From: Octopus vulgaris
Lineage: Eukaryota
Length of the DNA: 64,000 nt
Direction: 5' to 3'
NCBI GenBank assembly: GCA_951406725.2
Contig: OX597821.1
Location: 96,906,001-96,970,000 of the forward strand
The translations under genes and the position numbers were made by a program. Positions 25,915-40,150 of this stretch are shown in pieces. The notes beneath the pieces are model-generated. The model was not told the origin of the DNA. It did not search any database and was given only the letters and a program-made list of their open reading frames with translations. Positions within the stretch are counted from its first letter, which is position 1. The number at the start of each line of letters is the position of its first letter.

Positions 25915-26373
25915 TCTTATTATAAAAGGCAGATTTTATCTGCCTCCCTTTGTCAGTTATAGAAATCTACAATATAGGATTTCTTCAATTACAATTTACC
26001 TAGCATTTTTAAGAGTAGAATGCATCGGGTTTTGCCAGGTCCCACATTTTGCGGTGCAGTTTAACCAAAACCGGGTATCTTATAGTCGTGATTCATATCG
26101 AGACCGTCTGGGTATTAGCGCGCGTCTACGATGAGTCTACGATTTAAAAAAATTTACCATCAATTTTTCCTATTTTTAATCCATTTTTGACATATATAAG
26201 GGAAGTAACTCTCTAAAATTTATTATTAAATCTCAGAACGTAAAAAGCTACAGTAACACCCCTCCCCCTTTGTGGTTAGCCATATTGAGATGGCTATTAT
26301 ACTTTACATCTCTAAAAATGCTTATATAATTATTTCCCTTACAAACCCGAGCAACGCCGGGCGATACTGCTAG
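25915..26373 (+). mobile_element. Non-autonomous Helitron
   Basis: 5' TC start; 3' CCCGAGCAACGCCGGG hairpin then CTAG; A/T flanks. Confidence 0.75.
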
Positions 26374-26903
26374 TACATAGATAAGACAGTAAGGTGTGAT
26401 TTGGGGGAAATTTGGCTGCTATTTCTACCAGGTCTAGCTACCATGTAGAGGTCCCCCTCATTGGCTCATATATATATACATACATAAGACAATGAGGTGT
26501 GATTTGAGGGAGATTTGGCTGCTGTTTCTACCAGGTCTGTTAGGCCTTCTCATGTAAACTCAAGCTTTCTCATGCCTTGAACATAAGACCAAAGCAGAGA
26601 ATGTATTCTTTTATTCTTCTGCTTTTTCAAGCCATTGGTCTGTGGCCATGCTGGGGCAATGTCTTGAAGAATTGTAGTTTAATGAATCAACTCCAGTTTT
26701 ATTTTTGTAAGCATTGTACTTATTCTATCTGTTTCCTTTGTCAAACCACTAGGTGACAGGGATGTAAACAAACCAACATTCGTTGTCAAGCAGTGGTGGA
26801 GGACAATCACAAGCACAGACACGCACACACACACACATACATGCATACACATATGCACACATACATACATACATACATATATATATTTGTGTGTATATAT
26901 ATA

Positions 26904-27225
26904 TTGCAGCGTGGAAGGTGTTTGTAAGCCATTTAAGAAACACACAAAAACCGTTAGATTCACTTCAACATTTAAATTTAATTTGCCAAAATATTTTCCT
27001 CGCTTTGAGACCGCGACCTGTTCACTGACAAAAATATCGTGCTAACAGGTCGCGGTCTCAAAGCGACGAAAATATTTTGACAAATTAAATTTAAATGTTG
27101 AAGTGAATCTAACGGTTTTTGTGTGTTTCTTAAATGGCTTATAAACACCTTCAACGCTGCAACTGTTTTCGTTCCAGCACACGATCTCAGATCAAGTCAC
27201 TTGCTATGCAAGTACATCTCTGTAA
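26904..27225. repeat. Fold-back element (arms ~26904-27021 and 27045-27162) in (TA)n
   Basis: Reverse-complement match between the arms; same family as 9500-9806. Confidence 0.88.
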
Positions 27226-27322
27226 CTATATATATATATTTATATATATATATGTATATTGGTAAAAACAGTAAGATAACAAAAGAAAGAAAGAGACCTC
27301 AATATTATGTAAATAGAGGAAA

Positions 27323-27714
27323 TCTTTATATATAAAAGTGAGGTTGTGTGTCTGCCTCCTACGATTTAGATTCCTAACTACTCCCACATTTTGCGGTGCA
27401 GTTTAACCAAAACCGGGTATCTTATAGTCGTGATTCATATCGAGCCCGTCTGGGTATTAGCGCGCGTCTACGATGAGTCTACGATTTAAAAAAAAATTTA
27501 CATCAATTTTTCCCATTTTTATCCATTTTTGACATATATAAGGGAAGTAACTCTCTAAAATTTATTATTAAATCTCAGAACGTAAAAAGCTACAGTAACA
27601 CCCCGCCCCCTTTGTGGTTAGCCATATTGAGATGGCTATTATACTTTACATCTCTAAAAATGCTTATATAATTATTTCCCTTACAAACCCGAGCAACGCC
27701 GGGCGATACTGCTA
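27323..27714 (+). mobile_element. Non-autonomous Helitron, second copy
   Basis: ~330 bp nearly identical to 26040-26373 including the hairpin-CTAG end; different 5' portion. Confidence 0.75.
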
Positions 27715-27715
27715 G

Positions 27716-27781
<66 letters not shown>

Positions 27782-28258
27782 TGTGTCTGTGTTTGTACCC
27801 CTAGCATTGCTTGACAACCGATGCTGGTGTGTTTACGTCCCTGTCACTTAGCGATTCGGCAAAAGAGACCGATAGAATAAGTACTGGGCTTACAAAGAAT
27901 AAGTCCCGGGGTCGATTTGCTCGACTAAAGGCGGTGCTCCAGCATGGCCGCAGTCAAATGACTGAAACAAATAAAGGAGTAAAAGAGAGAATACTTGAAT
28001 ATCACCTGAGGAAACACAACTGGATCTCATAGTATAAGAGACTTGTCCGATAGTAGAAGACACTTGTCTAAGGTGCCATATAGTGGGATTGAATCCGGCA
28101 CTGTCTGGTCGAAGTGCAATCTTTACTATATTAATGTTAATTTTGTTTATTTTGTTAGTACATAATAATTATGTTTTCTACATGAATTTATATTAACTAA
28201 ATTAATATATATATTAATGTTAAATTACATTAACTGGTTTCAGTATAATTTGTCTTAC

Positions 28259-28325
28259 CTATAATATGGGGTGAGAAGACGACAACCAAAATGAAGTTAA
28301 GTTGATTCAATTTTAATACCATCAT
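28259..28325 (-). CDS. Host gene coding exon 1: start codon and probable signal peptide (MMVLKLNQLNFILVVVFSPHII-) of an EGF/F-type-lectin surface or secreted protein
   Basis: Minus strand cttctcttacAG acceptor (28340-28339), 13 nt UTR, ATG at 28325, hydrophobic FILVVVF, donor ATAG|GTAAGA after 28259. Phase 1 joins in frame to exon 16267-16407 (G+CT=Ala). Confidence 0.75.
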
Positions 28326-28662
28326 GGAATGCTCAGCTCTGTAAGAGAAGAAAGATAAAATTAGATGACGTTTAATGACACTACTGAACCGGTTGCAGGA
28401 ATAACGATCTATCTACCTAGGGAGAACATTATATTTCCCTATCCTCCTCCTCCTCCTCCTCCTCCTCCTTATCACGCGCCGGGCGAAATACTTAGAAGTA
28501 TTTCGTCTGCCGCTACGTTCTGAGTTCAAAATTCCGCCGAGGTCATCTTTGCCTTTCATCCTTTCGGGTTCGATTAAATAAGTATCAGTTATGCACTGGG
28601 GTCGATGCAATCGACTTAATCTCTTTCCCAAAATTTGAGGCCTTGTACTTCCAGTAGAAAGG

Positions 28663-28699
<37 letters not shown>

Positions 28700-28999
28700 T
28701 TTTCTTCTTATTTTTATTACTATTATTATTATTATTATTGTTGTTATCCTGCACGCGTAAACGAAAGCAGGGCATTGTAATCACTAATCTTCGTCTGTTT
28801 GTCTGTGTGTCCGCAAAATTACTGGAAAACGTCTGAACGGATTTTCACCAAATTTAGTGACTCCGTGTGTGTGCACCTGCGCGCGTGTTTGTTTGTGTGT
28901 GTGTGTGTGTGTGTACAGTTTTCTAGCTGTATAATGCCTCTACCACCTTCGATACATTGTATATATATAACCTTTCCATGTCAGATTCTGGGTAGTGCA

Positions 29000-29565
29000 T
29001 GCTAAATCCTGACATTATTTTTCCTGTTTTCATGTCTGTTTTGATTAGTTCATTTAAGGTCCAGTTAAGGACATTGTAGTTGTAACTTATAACTGGGATG
29101 GCTAGAGTGTTGATATCTATTATCTTGTTTTCACATTAAGCTCTGTTTTCAGTATTAATCTAACTCATCTATAGTATTCCTTTCTTATCTTATCTTTCAT
29201 CTGCGCGTGTTGTATCGTATCTAGTTCATTGATTCCTAAGTATTTGTATGTCTGGCTTTGGTCTAATTCTCTTATTTCGTTTGCTTTATCTAGTGTGATA
29301 TTACTCTTAACTAGTTTTCCTCTTTTCAAGGTTGCTTTGGCACATTTTTCTAAGCCAAATTTCATGTTTATTTCTTTGATAAATCCATGTAGTAATGCCT
29401 GTAGTAATGTTTCCAGTTGTTTATCATTTGCAGCATACAGTTTTAAATCATCCATATACAAGAGATGGTTGATTGTTTTGCCGTAACAGTTGTATCCACA
29501 TCCAGTTCTGTTTAGCATGTCAGATAAAGGTGTCAGTGCCAAGCAGAAAAGGAGTGGAGAGAATA
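29000..29565 (-). mobile_element. Dong/R4-clade LINE RT fragment
   Basis: LSPLLFCLALTPLS, INHLLYMDDLKLYA, MKFGLEKCA, YKYLG (ORF 29165..29542); abuts an ATT-repeat tract. Confidence 0.85.
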
Positions 29566-29948
29566 TTATTATTGTTGTTATTATTATTCGGTAGTTTTAT
29601 TTTTATATCGTGCTTTCACTTCACTACCGAGCGCAGCTCTGTGTGCCTTGAGTATGTGCTGTGATTTGTTGTGATGTTCTTATGGTTACTGCATTGAAAG
29701 TGTTTTGTGTAGGATGTGTGCAGTACCCAATAGTGCAATTTTCTGTATGTTGTATATATTTGTAAGTCCTGGTGTTTTTGTTATATATTTGTCTGAATAT
29801 TTTTTCCTCATACTTAATGCGCATACTATGGAAGGAATTGTTTCTGTTTTTAGATTCCACATTGTATTTTGAAAGTTTCTCCATTTCTTTTAGAGAAACG
29901 TTGTCATCTGCTGGTATTGATACATCAATTATTATTATAATTATTATA

Positions 29949-29993
<45 letters not shown>

Positions 29994-31804
29994 TATTGTT
30001 GTTGTTGTTGATGTTATTAGTGTTGTTAGTGTTTGCAAAGAGGGGACGCTTGTTCGTGGCTTGTACGTTTTCTATAAAATTTGTTTTATTATTTGGTATT
30101 TGAATTTTTCTTAGACTGTTTACTAAATAAGCCAACTCGCTTTGCTGATAGGGAGCTGGTTTGGCGAAAAATTCGTCCTTTAAGGGCAAATTTCGAGATT
30201 TAGATTTTAAAATTTAATATTTCAAAACAAAACAAAAAATAACAATATGGCTTCCAAAAATAAGGGAAGTGATGGCTGTTGGCACAGCCATTGTGACATT
30301 ATTTTCCCTCCACTAACTGATATAGTCAAGAGAAAACTTACAGAGAACAACGACGATGTCGACAGCAACACCAACAGAAGCAACTGCAGCAGTTATAAGC
30401 ATTTTAAGATTTAAAATGACCGCTCCCTAAACCAAAAACACCACTACTACCACGGGCACAACCAACACAATCATTAATACAACGAAAACAGCGGCCGTTT
30501 TTATTTCTAAACCCTATGACAACGACTTATCACAAGCGTATCATCGAATAGACAAAGTTCACTTGTCATAAAAACATTTAGTGGCGCCAAAGCGCTCCAA
30601 ACAAACAATGGCAGAATAGTATTTCTAAACACACCGGAAGAAATAAAAAAAGATACTAGAGAAATAAAAAAAAAAGTAAACTGGAGCGAGTGGAAGACGC
30701 TCTGGCATAGTTGATTTGAGATTGTCATAAATAACAGTGACAAACGAAATATACACCGCCGGAAGTTCTTGTTGACAAACAACAGCAGTAATTTTATTCA
30801 GCTGAATACACGTCACTGATTGGTTGAAATTACCGAAATACGAGAACTTTAAGGTGAAATTACTTCGTAAATATAAGTTTTTCTCAAAAATGCTAAGAGT
30901 AAAACATGTTTTATATGACACATTCTACCAGTGTCCGAAGTTTGAAAGTGTTTAGTTACAAAAAATTATTTTTTAAATCTGTCGGTCAAAAGGTAAAGAT
31001 CCCTAATGTGTTAGCAGCACTATTAAATCACTTGTTAAAGTTATCTCCACATATTTTCTACAGAAATTATGGCATATCCACCCATTATTCTTTTATTTAT
31101 CTTCGATCTCATTGTTGTTTGCATTAGGCGTAGTCGGATACGAAACGTCATAACGAATCAGATAAAGAATCATATAACATGGGATTCATTCAGTGACAGA
31201 CTGTCTAGGCTGTTTAACTTAGAAACCACTAACAGTAATGCTCTAGCAACTTGTTATACACGATTCGTTTCATGTTCAAATCTTAGCGGAGTGTAGGATC
31301 AGTATCAATATGAATCAGCTGAAACTCTTTTCGTTGTCCATAAAATAAGTGACTGCCAAATGCTGTCCACTACAGCTCCTTCTCAGGTTTAAAGATAACG
31401 TTTTTCTATTCGTGTCAAGCTCTCATCAACTTCTTTAAATAACACTTGAATAGAAACTAATGGGCAGTATTATTTTCCTTTTTGCAATTTTAGGCTGGCG
31501 GCAAGAAGTGAGAGATGGCACTTGGCCCTTGGTGTCTCAGAAGGGTTTTATGTATTCTTTATTGAATTTATTATTTATTATTATTTTTTTATTATTGGTT
31601 ATGTTATAGCTGATTTCCTGTTTTTTACTTGATTTAAAATTATTGCTTTTGTATTTAGTATTGATACCATTCGCAATATCTTGAACCCCTCTAACCAATA
31701 AAACAAATTATCATTATTATTATTCTCATCATCAATACTACTACTACTACTACAACTACTACTACTACTACAACTACAACTACTACTACTACTACTACTA
31801 CTAC

Positions 31805-31847
<43 letters not shown>

Positions 31848-31879
31848 TCAAACGTGGTAAACTCACTGCTAATACTACG

Positions 31880-32690
31880 ACTCAACTTGATCATTATACA
31901 TCTATCAAGGACCTGGACCAAGAGAGCTTTTATAAGTACCTTGGGATACACGAAAGGAAAGACATTCAACACAGATCAATGAAAGAGAGGATCTGGAAAG
32001 AGCATTATAGACGTGTCAGAATGGTCCTGAATACTGAGTTGAACTCTCAGAATAGAATTACAGCCATAAACTTTCTGGTGGTACCAGTTCTCCAGTATAG
32101 CCTTAATGTCATCAATTGGAATCTGAGTAATCCCCAGCGTATTGACATAAAAACCGGGAAGCTACTGACACTAAACGGGATGCACCACCCAAAATCAAGC
32201 GTCCACAGGCTCTATCTCCCACGAAAAGAAGGCAGTAGAGGCTTAATCCAACTTGAAACATCCAATAAAATGACCATGATAGGACTCCAAGTGTACATCT
32301 AAAATAACATCGACTGGACGATAGGGCTAGTAAAGAAACACGAACAGAGTAAGAAACTGCGTTCGATGTCAAAGGAGGAATATAAATCAGACGAGGGCTT
32401 AATCTCCCTGATTATAATGATAAGGACACACTACCCGTTAAGGCAGCAAAAAGTGTAATAATTAAAGCCAAACTGCGGAAATATCAAAACTTTGGAAAGA
32501 AAAACCATTGCATGGGCGATAACCAAGACGAGCTGGGGAAGCTGATGTAGATTTTTAAAAAACCCATCAGTGACTGCAGTGTTGGTTTAAAGCCAAAACA
32601 GAAGAATTTATCCTTGCAACACAAGATCAGAGTTTCCTCACTCGGAACTATCAATCTAATGTCGCACACGATGGAGCATGTTTGAAAAAA
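31880..32690 (+). mobile_element. Dong/R4-clade LINE fragment (post-RT region)
   Basis: YKYLG, ELNSQNRITAIN, MHHPKSSVHRLYLPRKEGSRGL (ORF 31979..32302). Confidence 0.82.
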
Positions 32691-33832
32691 TCCGTAATTT
32701 AGCACGAATGCGAAGTACTTCATCTTACCACAAGTATGAGAGTGTATATTATGATACCACCTCTCAATAATGATGTCATCTCTCAAGCTCGACTGGCATA
32801 TCATTCTGTTTGGTTATTGTAAATTGGTGATGGAAGAATCCCCAATGTTCAAAGACAATTGTATGATGATGTAATAGAGATTCCTCAGCAATTTTAAGTC
32901 AACAGCAAGGAGGAGTTTATCAACCATGTATATGAAGATTTAGCGGTTAATTTTAACAATGCCCAATGGCTATCATCACGCGCAATATTCTTTTCTACTC
33001 TAGGCACAAGGCCAGAAATTTTTGGGGAGGAGTCCAGTCAATTAGATCACCCCAGTACGCAACTGGTACTTAATTTATCGACCCCAAAAGGATGAAAGGT
33101 AAAGTGACCTCGGAGGAATTTGAACTCAGAACATAAAGGCAGACGAAATACGGCTACGCATTTTTCCCGGCGTGCTAACGTTTCTGCCAAGCTTGACAGG
33201 TCGGCGACCAAAGCCGAGTAATTGCCTGTATTTCTGGTTTCTTTTCATCTATGCAGTCACTACACCAAACATAAAGGTAGACGAAATACCGCTAAGCATT
33301 TCGCCAAGTGTGCTAACGTTTTTGCCAGCTCGCCGCTTTTCATCACGAGCAATATTAACAACAAAGAATTAAGAAGTTGACAATCTAAATAACCACATAA
33401 TCCAGGAATTTCCAGGTAAGATATATACTCTGAGGAGTATTGATTCGGTTGCAGATCAACAATCTCCACTCTATCTTCCTAAATTTCTGAATTCTCTTAA
33501 TATAAGTGGCATGCCACATTGTCAAATTAAAAACGGGAGGGATGTCACAAACATCTAGATGAGATCCCTGGAGAATCATGTCTCAGAAAAATCCAAAAGA
33601 TTGTACTGACAAGTACTGTCCACAACCTTCGGAAACCTCTATCCATTTAAATGTCTGTGTTGTATTACATGAAGAAATTTTGCTACAGCCCATTCCACTT
33701 CCCCTACTCTAAGCTTTCAGTCATACTGTAACATCTCTTATCCTTCACTTGCCCCCAGGACGCTGAGTGTGTCTCGGCAAGTGATTGTAACAAACATGCA
33801 GATCAAAAGTAAATAATAATAATAATAATAAC

Positions 33833-33876
<44 letters not shown>

Positions 33877-33929
33877 CGATGACGGTAGTGATAATGATGA
33901 TGATGATATTAATAATAATTGTTTTCTTT

Positions 33930-34580
33930 ATTAACCGCTATGGGTTTTCAAAAACTATGGGAACGGTAGTGAGCAATACAATGTCAGGTTGTATAAAAGG
34001 CGTATAAAAAGTAAAAATAACAGTAAAATTATAACAATCAATAATTCCCTCAAAGGTGACTTTTTAGGGATGCCCATGGAAACCCCACAAAACCACGGTC
34101 ACCTTGACCATTAGAGTAAGTGTCCTCTCCACATCGCCTTCCTTCATTCTACAGCCCCATACTCAGAGTAGGTTGGTCCATTCCAGCTAGTCTTGCAGCA
34201 TTTACCCATCTTTTAACAAACTTGCTGGGAGCCAGCACTTCTCTCTCCACCCTCACTTTCCTTTTCAAGAGAAACTTGAAAAAGTTGATGAGGGATTGGC
34301 CAAAGAGGAAAGTATTTGTCTGCATCCGTTTCAACCAATCAAATCGTTGTCCACCACACAATGTCTTTCGCTAATGTCACCAGACAAAGAAACACAGCCT
34401 ACCCTTCTCGGCCAAAGGAAGGATGCAGGGCGATCTCCGCGATGGACTCAGCCGATAGGCTGATCCATCCTACATGTAACAAAGTGTGTTTGACATAAGT
34501 CCACAAGTCAGCAATGCTCAGGCACTGGACGAGAACGTGCAGAACAATTTCGTCGCTCTACGCGCATCTCGGGCAGTCCC
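33930..34580 (-). mobile_element. Tx1/L1 LINE 3' fragment (local duplicate of ~90 bp at 34790-34885)
   Basis: Homologous to 6533-6950 (FLLKRKVRVEREVL..KRWVNAAR); abuts (AAT)n. Confidence 0.8.
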
Positions 34581-35285
34581 GGTTGACAAGATAAAATATA
34601 GCAAATCGGATTATATCAACAGTTATAAAGTATTCAAATTATTCGGACAACTAAAGTGTGGTTATAAAACAGCAGTAAAAACTGGCATGCTGAGGGCACA
34701 TCGATTCACCGCAGGGAATCACCAGAAATTTATATCTTTACATAGTAAATTGTTTACACAAACTTGATATCCTATTTTTACATGCAAGATTCTTTTAACA
34801 AACTTGCTGGGAGCCAGCACTTCTCTCTCTACCCTCACTTTCCTTTTCAAGAGAAACTTGAAAAAGTTGATGAGGGATTGGCTAAAATCCAGCCTGAATG
34901 AAATAAGAGAAAAGTAAAAAAATAAAAAATAAAAAAAATCAAAAAAATACAATATTTACGATCGAAGAACAAACAATCACCATGAGATATAGTGAAAGGA
35001 ATATTCGCAACTTTTGCAGTAAAAATGACGGATGTCATATGTGTGGGGCATGTTTTGAGCTTTTACACTACGATATATTAGAATGTGCCACACTAAATCT
35101 GGCAAAATGTAGCTGGAGATTCAATGACGTAGCAAAGTATACGCCGAGCCCCACTATTTTAAAGGTCTTCGAAGAAAAGCTCTTCCTTACTCGTATGAGT
35201 TTTCGGCTATCATAAAAAAAACTAACAATGTGATAATGTTATGGAATTTTAGCATAGACAGACAGTTCACCATATTTAGGAGCAC

Positions 35286-35660
35286 TCCGTCGATTACGAC
35301 GATGAGGGTCCCAGCTGATACGATCAACGGAACAGCCTGCTCGTGAAATTAACGTGCAAGTGGCTGAGCATTCCACAGACACTTGTACCCTTAACGTAGT
35401 TCTCGGAGAGATTCAGCGTGACACAGAGTGTGACAAGGCTGGCCCTTTGAAATACAGGTACAACAGAAACAGGAAGTAAGAGTGAGAGAAAGTTGTGGTG
35501 AAAGAGTACAGCAGGGATCACCACCACCCCTTGCAGGAGCCTTGTGAAGCTTTAGGTGTTTTCGCTCAATAAACACTCACAATGCCCGGTCTGGGATTCG
35601 AAACCGCGATCCTACGACCGCGAGTCCACTGCCCTAACCACTGGGCCATTGCGCCTCCAC
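35286..35660 (-). mobile_element. tRNA-derived SINE family C
   Basis: Reverse-complement head GTGGAGGCGCAATGGCCCAGTGGTTAGGGC...GGTTTCGAATCCC; related pieces at 62750-62965 and 38483-38580. Confidence 0.75.
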
Positions 35661-36789
35661 TCACCATATACTATGTTGTTCGTAACAACAATAACACTAA
35701 TCTATTAGTTATCAACATAGCAATGTCAAATGACAATAATATTGATAGAAGCTGAGAAATTAAGGAATTGCACAGATCTAGTTTGTTGAGCTAGAAATAT
35801 AGAAACGTAATGGGCAGTTAAAGACTGTTCATCGTCCCATTTGTAATTGATATGCAATTGAGGCGATACCCTTCCAGTCTTCTGTCTTATCTGTCATGGC
35901 ATACTTGCAACAAAAGTACGAAGCACTCTTAGTGCTGAGTGGTGTGCGTCAATTAAAGCAACAACACACACACACACACATACACACACACACATAAGCA
36001 CACAAGCACACACATACGCACAAGACACATGCACACACACACACACACATATATATATAAACATCCTCGTACATACACACATACGCATACGTATACATAC
36101 ATAGTACATCCATCCATATGTATGTGTATGTGTGTATGTACACATATATGTACAGGTGTGTGCGCGTGAGCGTGACTGAGTGCGATTCTGTTTTGTGTAT
36201 ACAGAGACAGACAAACAGGCAGACTGGTAAACAAACAGACAAGCAGAATAAGTGAGAGGGGAGAGAGAGAGAAGGAGAGAGGAAGAAAGAGAGAGTAAGT
36301 GATAACTTGCTGACATCTGCAAAAAACCATAAACTCTTTAGTTAAATCAAATATAAATTTTTGGCTTATCTATATTTTGACAGTCGGAAGGATATAGTTC
36401 ACGTTATAACATGGGTTATTATTATTATATTTCTATATATTTATTATTATTGACAGAATCGTTGACGCGCCGGACAAGGTGCTCAGTAGTATATTCCTTT
36501 CGACTTTTACGTTCCAAGCTCAAATTCTCCGGCGGTCGACTTTGCCTTTTATCGTTTCAAAGTCAATAAAAGAAGTACTAATCAAGATCTAAGGTCAATG
36601 TGATTGGTTAACACTTCCCCGCAAGATCTAAGGTCAATGTGAATGGTTAACACTTCCCCGAAAAATCTGAGGCCTTGTGCCTGTAGCAGAAATTATTATA
36701 ATAATGATAATTACTATTGTTGTTTTTAATTGTTACATGCTAATTTAATTGGGATTTTATGCTGAGGTTTGAATACAAGTCTCCTCAAA

Positions 36790-38454
36790 TCTCAATAAAC
36801 TTTCTAAGAATACTTGCAGAGTAAAGGATGGCACTTTTCGGCAGATCGACAATGCGAGTTTCAATTCTAATCTCTTTCAATCTTTTAGGTAGCATTTTAG
36901 GTGTCGTGCCAAGTGCATCGTCTTCTACAATCTCCTCGGCTATCTGGCTAGATTCTGATATTTTTCAATCTTTTCAATATCTTAGGTATCGACACTGCAA
37001 TTTTAGGAAATTTCAAAATTTATGATTCTACACTATTTGTTTATTTTTTCTTCTATAATTATATCCGATCTTCTTGCTTCAATAATATGGGTAGTCTTTC
37101 TGGGGAAGTCCCTCAAGATCCTGCAATTTTAATTTTCTATCACAACTTCTATTTTGTGTTCGTAACACTTTTCTTTTATTTTGAAGTCACACAATCGACT
37201 GACATCTTTTGCTTGCAAAGTCATGCCTGCGTTTACACTCCTTTTGTGCTAGTATACAGCACTCACACAAAAGGTCTCCTTTCCTGCAGATTCTACAATT
37301 GCTGTCTGAATGAGTTTTGTCGATCTTTGCCTTTATCAGATATGTTCTAATATTTTGTTCCTGAGCGGCTAAAATTAGCGTCTCTCGTTTCAAGTTCCCT
37401 TCTGTGAGCCAGAGCCAGCATTCTTTACATCCGGCATTTATTACATGAGTTAGTCATGTAATTTCATTTTTTTCCCACTTGCTTATTCTTTTCTCTTTGA
37501 ATTCTACTGTTTCAGTCACTTTTTAGCTGCCGATAGTATTCTTTCTTTACTCTGCACGACATAATTTTCAGACCCAGTATCGCAGTATTAACAGTGTCTT
37601 TTGTTTAGTAATCTTCTACCGCCTTCATTTCTTGGTAGGTACAATCGTTGTTACATTTAAGGTGGTGTTTGTTGTGCATTGTGAGCTATTTTCTAGTTCT
37701 ATCCAGCTTCTGTAGCTCGACCGTTACCCATTTTAGAAAGGGAGCTAAGTATTTTAAAACGGACATATTAATGATATTCCCTCCATTTAATTTTGCTTTG
37801 AGCACTTCCTAACTCTCCTCTTGTACTCTTTAGTGACTTTCTCATTTCTCCTTCCATTGTCCTATCGTCTTACAGCACACCTAGGTATTCGTATCTCTCA
37901 TTATTCCACAGCAATCGAATGTCTTGTGGTAATTTTATGCCATTTCAGTTTACCTTCCGGCCTCCCTTCATAATTAGTATTGCACATTTATTTACTCAAA
38001 ACTGCATTTCAGTATCATTATTGAATACTCTCACTGTTTGGATCAAAGACTCCAGGTCTGTCCCATGTTTTGAATATAGCTTGAAATCATCCATATAAAG
38101 TAGGTGATTTATTTTCATCTTGGATTTTGCTAAACTCACAGGCAGGCCTGGATTTTCCCAGTATACTTGTCAGAAGGATTAACAAAGCGCCGAAGAGTAA
38201 CGGAAAGAGCGAGTCTCCCAGGAAAATGTCCTGACGCATTTTCACGTTTCCTAACGATTCACTTGCCCATGCTGGTTCTACTTCCCACACTCTCTCATTG
38301 CTTTTTCCAAGAAGTTGTTTATTTTCTCATTGACTCCGAGCGTCCTTAGACACTCCAAGAGCCAGCAGTGACATAATCTATCCCTCTAACAGCTGAATTA
38401 TTTTTTCTTACTCATACTTCATTTAGTATTCCACTATCTATATATCTATCTATC

Positions 38455-38487
<33 letters not shown>

Positions 38488-40150
38488 ATCACTTGACCGA
38501 CCAGACCATCAGATGTTGTTACACATCGCTGGTCACAATGCGTTCGCATTGTTTTAGCCTTCGAATGACGCCACCCCGCTATATGTATATAGAAGTTCAA
38601 CTGTTTCCTTTGATTTCCACTGGCTATGGATTCTCTTTTTGCAAAAGTTTATGTATTTCATCTGATAAAAATTTTCGGAGTAATGGTAAACAAACAATAG
38701 GGGTCAAATTGCTGACTTCCCCTCTCTTTTCGTTATCCTTCTATATCATCACTGTCCTTCCTTTAGTTATCCATGTTTGGGTTCCATCTTCTATGCAGTC
38801 AGTAAAACATGGTTGTATATTACCGTGTATACTTGGGAGATTTTGAGCTAGAAACCCTGAACATCATCTGGTCCGGAAGATTTCTGGTTTGGTATCTTCT
38901 TGATCATATCTCTTACGTTCTTATGTATGATTGTTGTATTTTCTTGTGTTGCTCTATCTTTTATTTCTCTTTTAAATTTCCGCAACTAGTCAACATATAT
39001 ATCATTTTTGACTTCTTTGCTCCAGATTTCTGTGCAGAATTTTCTTGTTGCTTCAGCATATGGCATATCATTTCCCTGATACTCCCCTTCATTGTTCTGT
39101 TGTTTATAGAATTTTCTTTCGTTGTTCTTCATTAATATATTTTGCTAGTACTGAGTTGTTCTAACTTGGTATCTGTTTTCCATTTTTTTACCCGACACCT
39201 TTTGATTTTTTTTTTGTCTTAGTTCTTCGTTAACTACCTGCAGCCACTGTGTTTTATGTTATACTTCCTTTGCAGTTCGTCTCAGTTCCTTTTGCTTACC
39301 TTCCTTTCTTTGATTACATGTGTCCGTCTAAGATTTCTCTTGAGCTGTTCAGTTGGCTCTTATATCTTCGTTCCAGCCATGGCGCTTTGTCCTTTGTTTC
39401 CTCCCTTTGACTTTTAATCTCAAAGGTTTGGACAGCAGTAGAAGCTGCGCAGTACATGTTGATTTCGATGTAGATTTTCATTAGCAGTTCATCCATTTCT
39501 TTCACTACCTTTTATAGTTTCCTTATTTCGATCCCGCTTAGATCTGGTAGCCTCTTTGTTTTGCCATTTTTGCTTCATTCAGGTGTTGTAGTAAGCTCCT
39601 GTCTTCCTCTTTCACAGTCTTTCTCTCTCACAAAGTAAAATTTACTTTCGTTCAGGAAGCTGTTTCTTTTGTGGGTACTTATTGGTCCCTCTACCAATTC
39701 CTGTTCTTGTTCTGCTTCTTGACCTTTGTGTTCAGCGTAGTCATGTTCACGCTCTTTTACTCTTGTGGAGACCTTCTCCAGTTCCAACTGGGATAGCCAC
39801 TGCCTTTCAACGAATAGATTTTGGAGCCTAGAATTATTTCCCCGTGACAGGGAACATGACTTTCTGTCCAAATTTTATGGCTTCTTTTCTTGTATTCTGT
39901 GCTGGTGGTTCGCTTCTGCAATAACATTCTATTACATTTCTGTTGTCATTTTGAGTCCATCTTCTCCAAATCTTTGTGGCAGCATTGGGATAAAGAGCAG
40001 GCCCACGTTGCTGCACAGTGGAACACTTGCCGTGCCAGAGACGTTCACATGGGTTCGGATCTTATGAACGCAGTTGTGATAATTACACCCATGAAGTGGA
40101 CTGTTGGTGAGGTGTCAAAACCATTAGTGTTTTTATTGACACAATCTCTA
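36790..40150 (-). mobile_element. Long, heavily degraded Dong/R4-clade LINE
   Basis: GDSLFPLLF (ORF 38087..38290), NHLLYMDD nearby, ETLILAAQEQ..SNCRIC (ORF 37187..37393), N-terminal RRWT..N..VIECY (ORF 39834..40016). Confidence 0.75.

Larger units (their letters stand above)
25741..27990 (+). mobile_element. SINE family B split by nested insertions (head 25741-25905, tail ~27780-27990)
   Basis: Head and tail match intact copies; two Helitrons, a diverged SINE piece and a fold-back element lie between them. Confidence 0.7.

Noticed and set aside
30760-30990. CCGGAAGT, CACGTCA and ATTGG motifs as the lectin gene promoter
   Set aside because: The adjoining sequence has a diverged inverted relative at ~57580-57770, so the motifs probably belong to a dispersed repeat.
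35590-35660. tRNA gene
   Set aside because: The tRNA-like head continues into a multi-copy SINE body and has no proper acceptor stem or terminator; the same holds for SINE A and B heads.
36582-36660. 39 bp tandem duplication
   Set aside because: Simple local slippage inside a decayed SINE.
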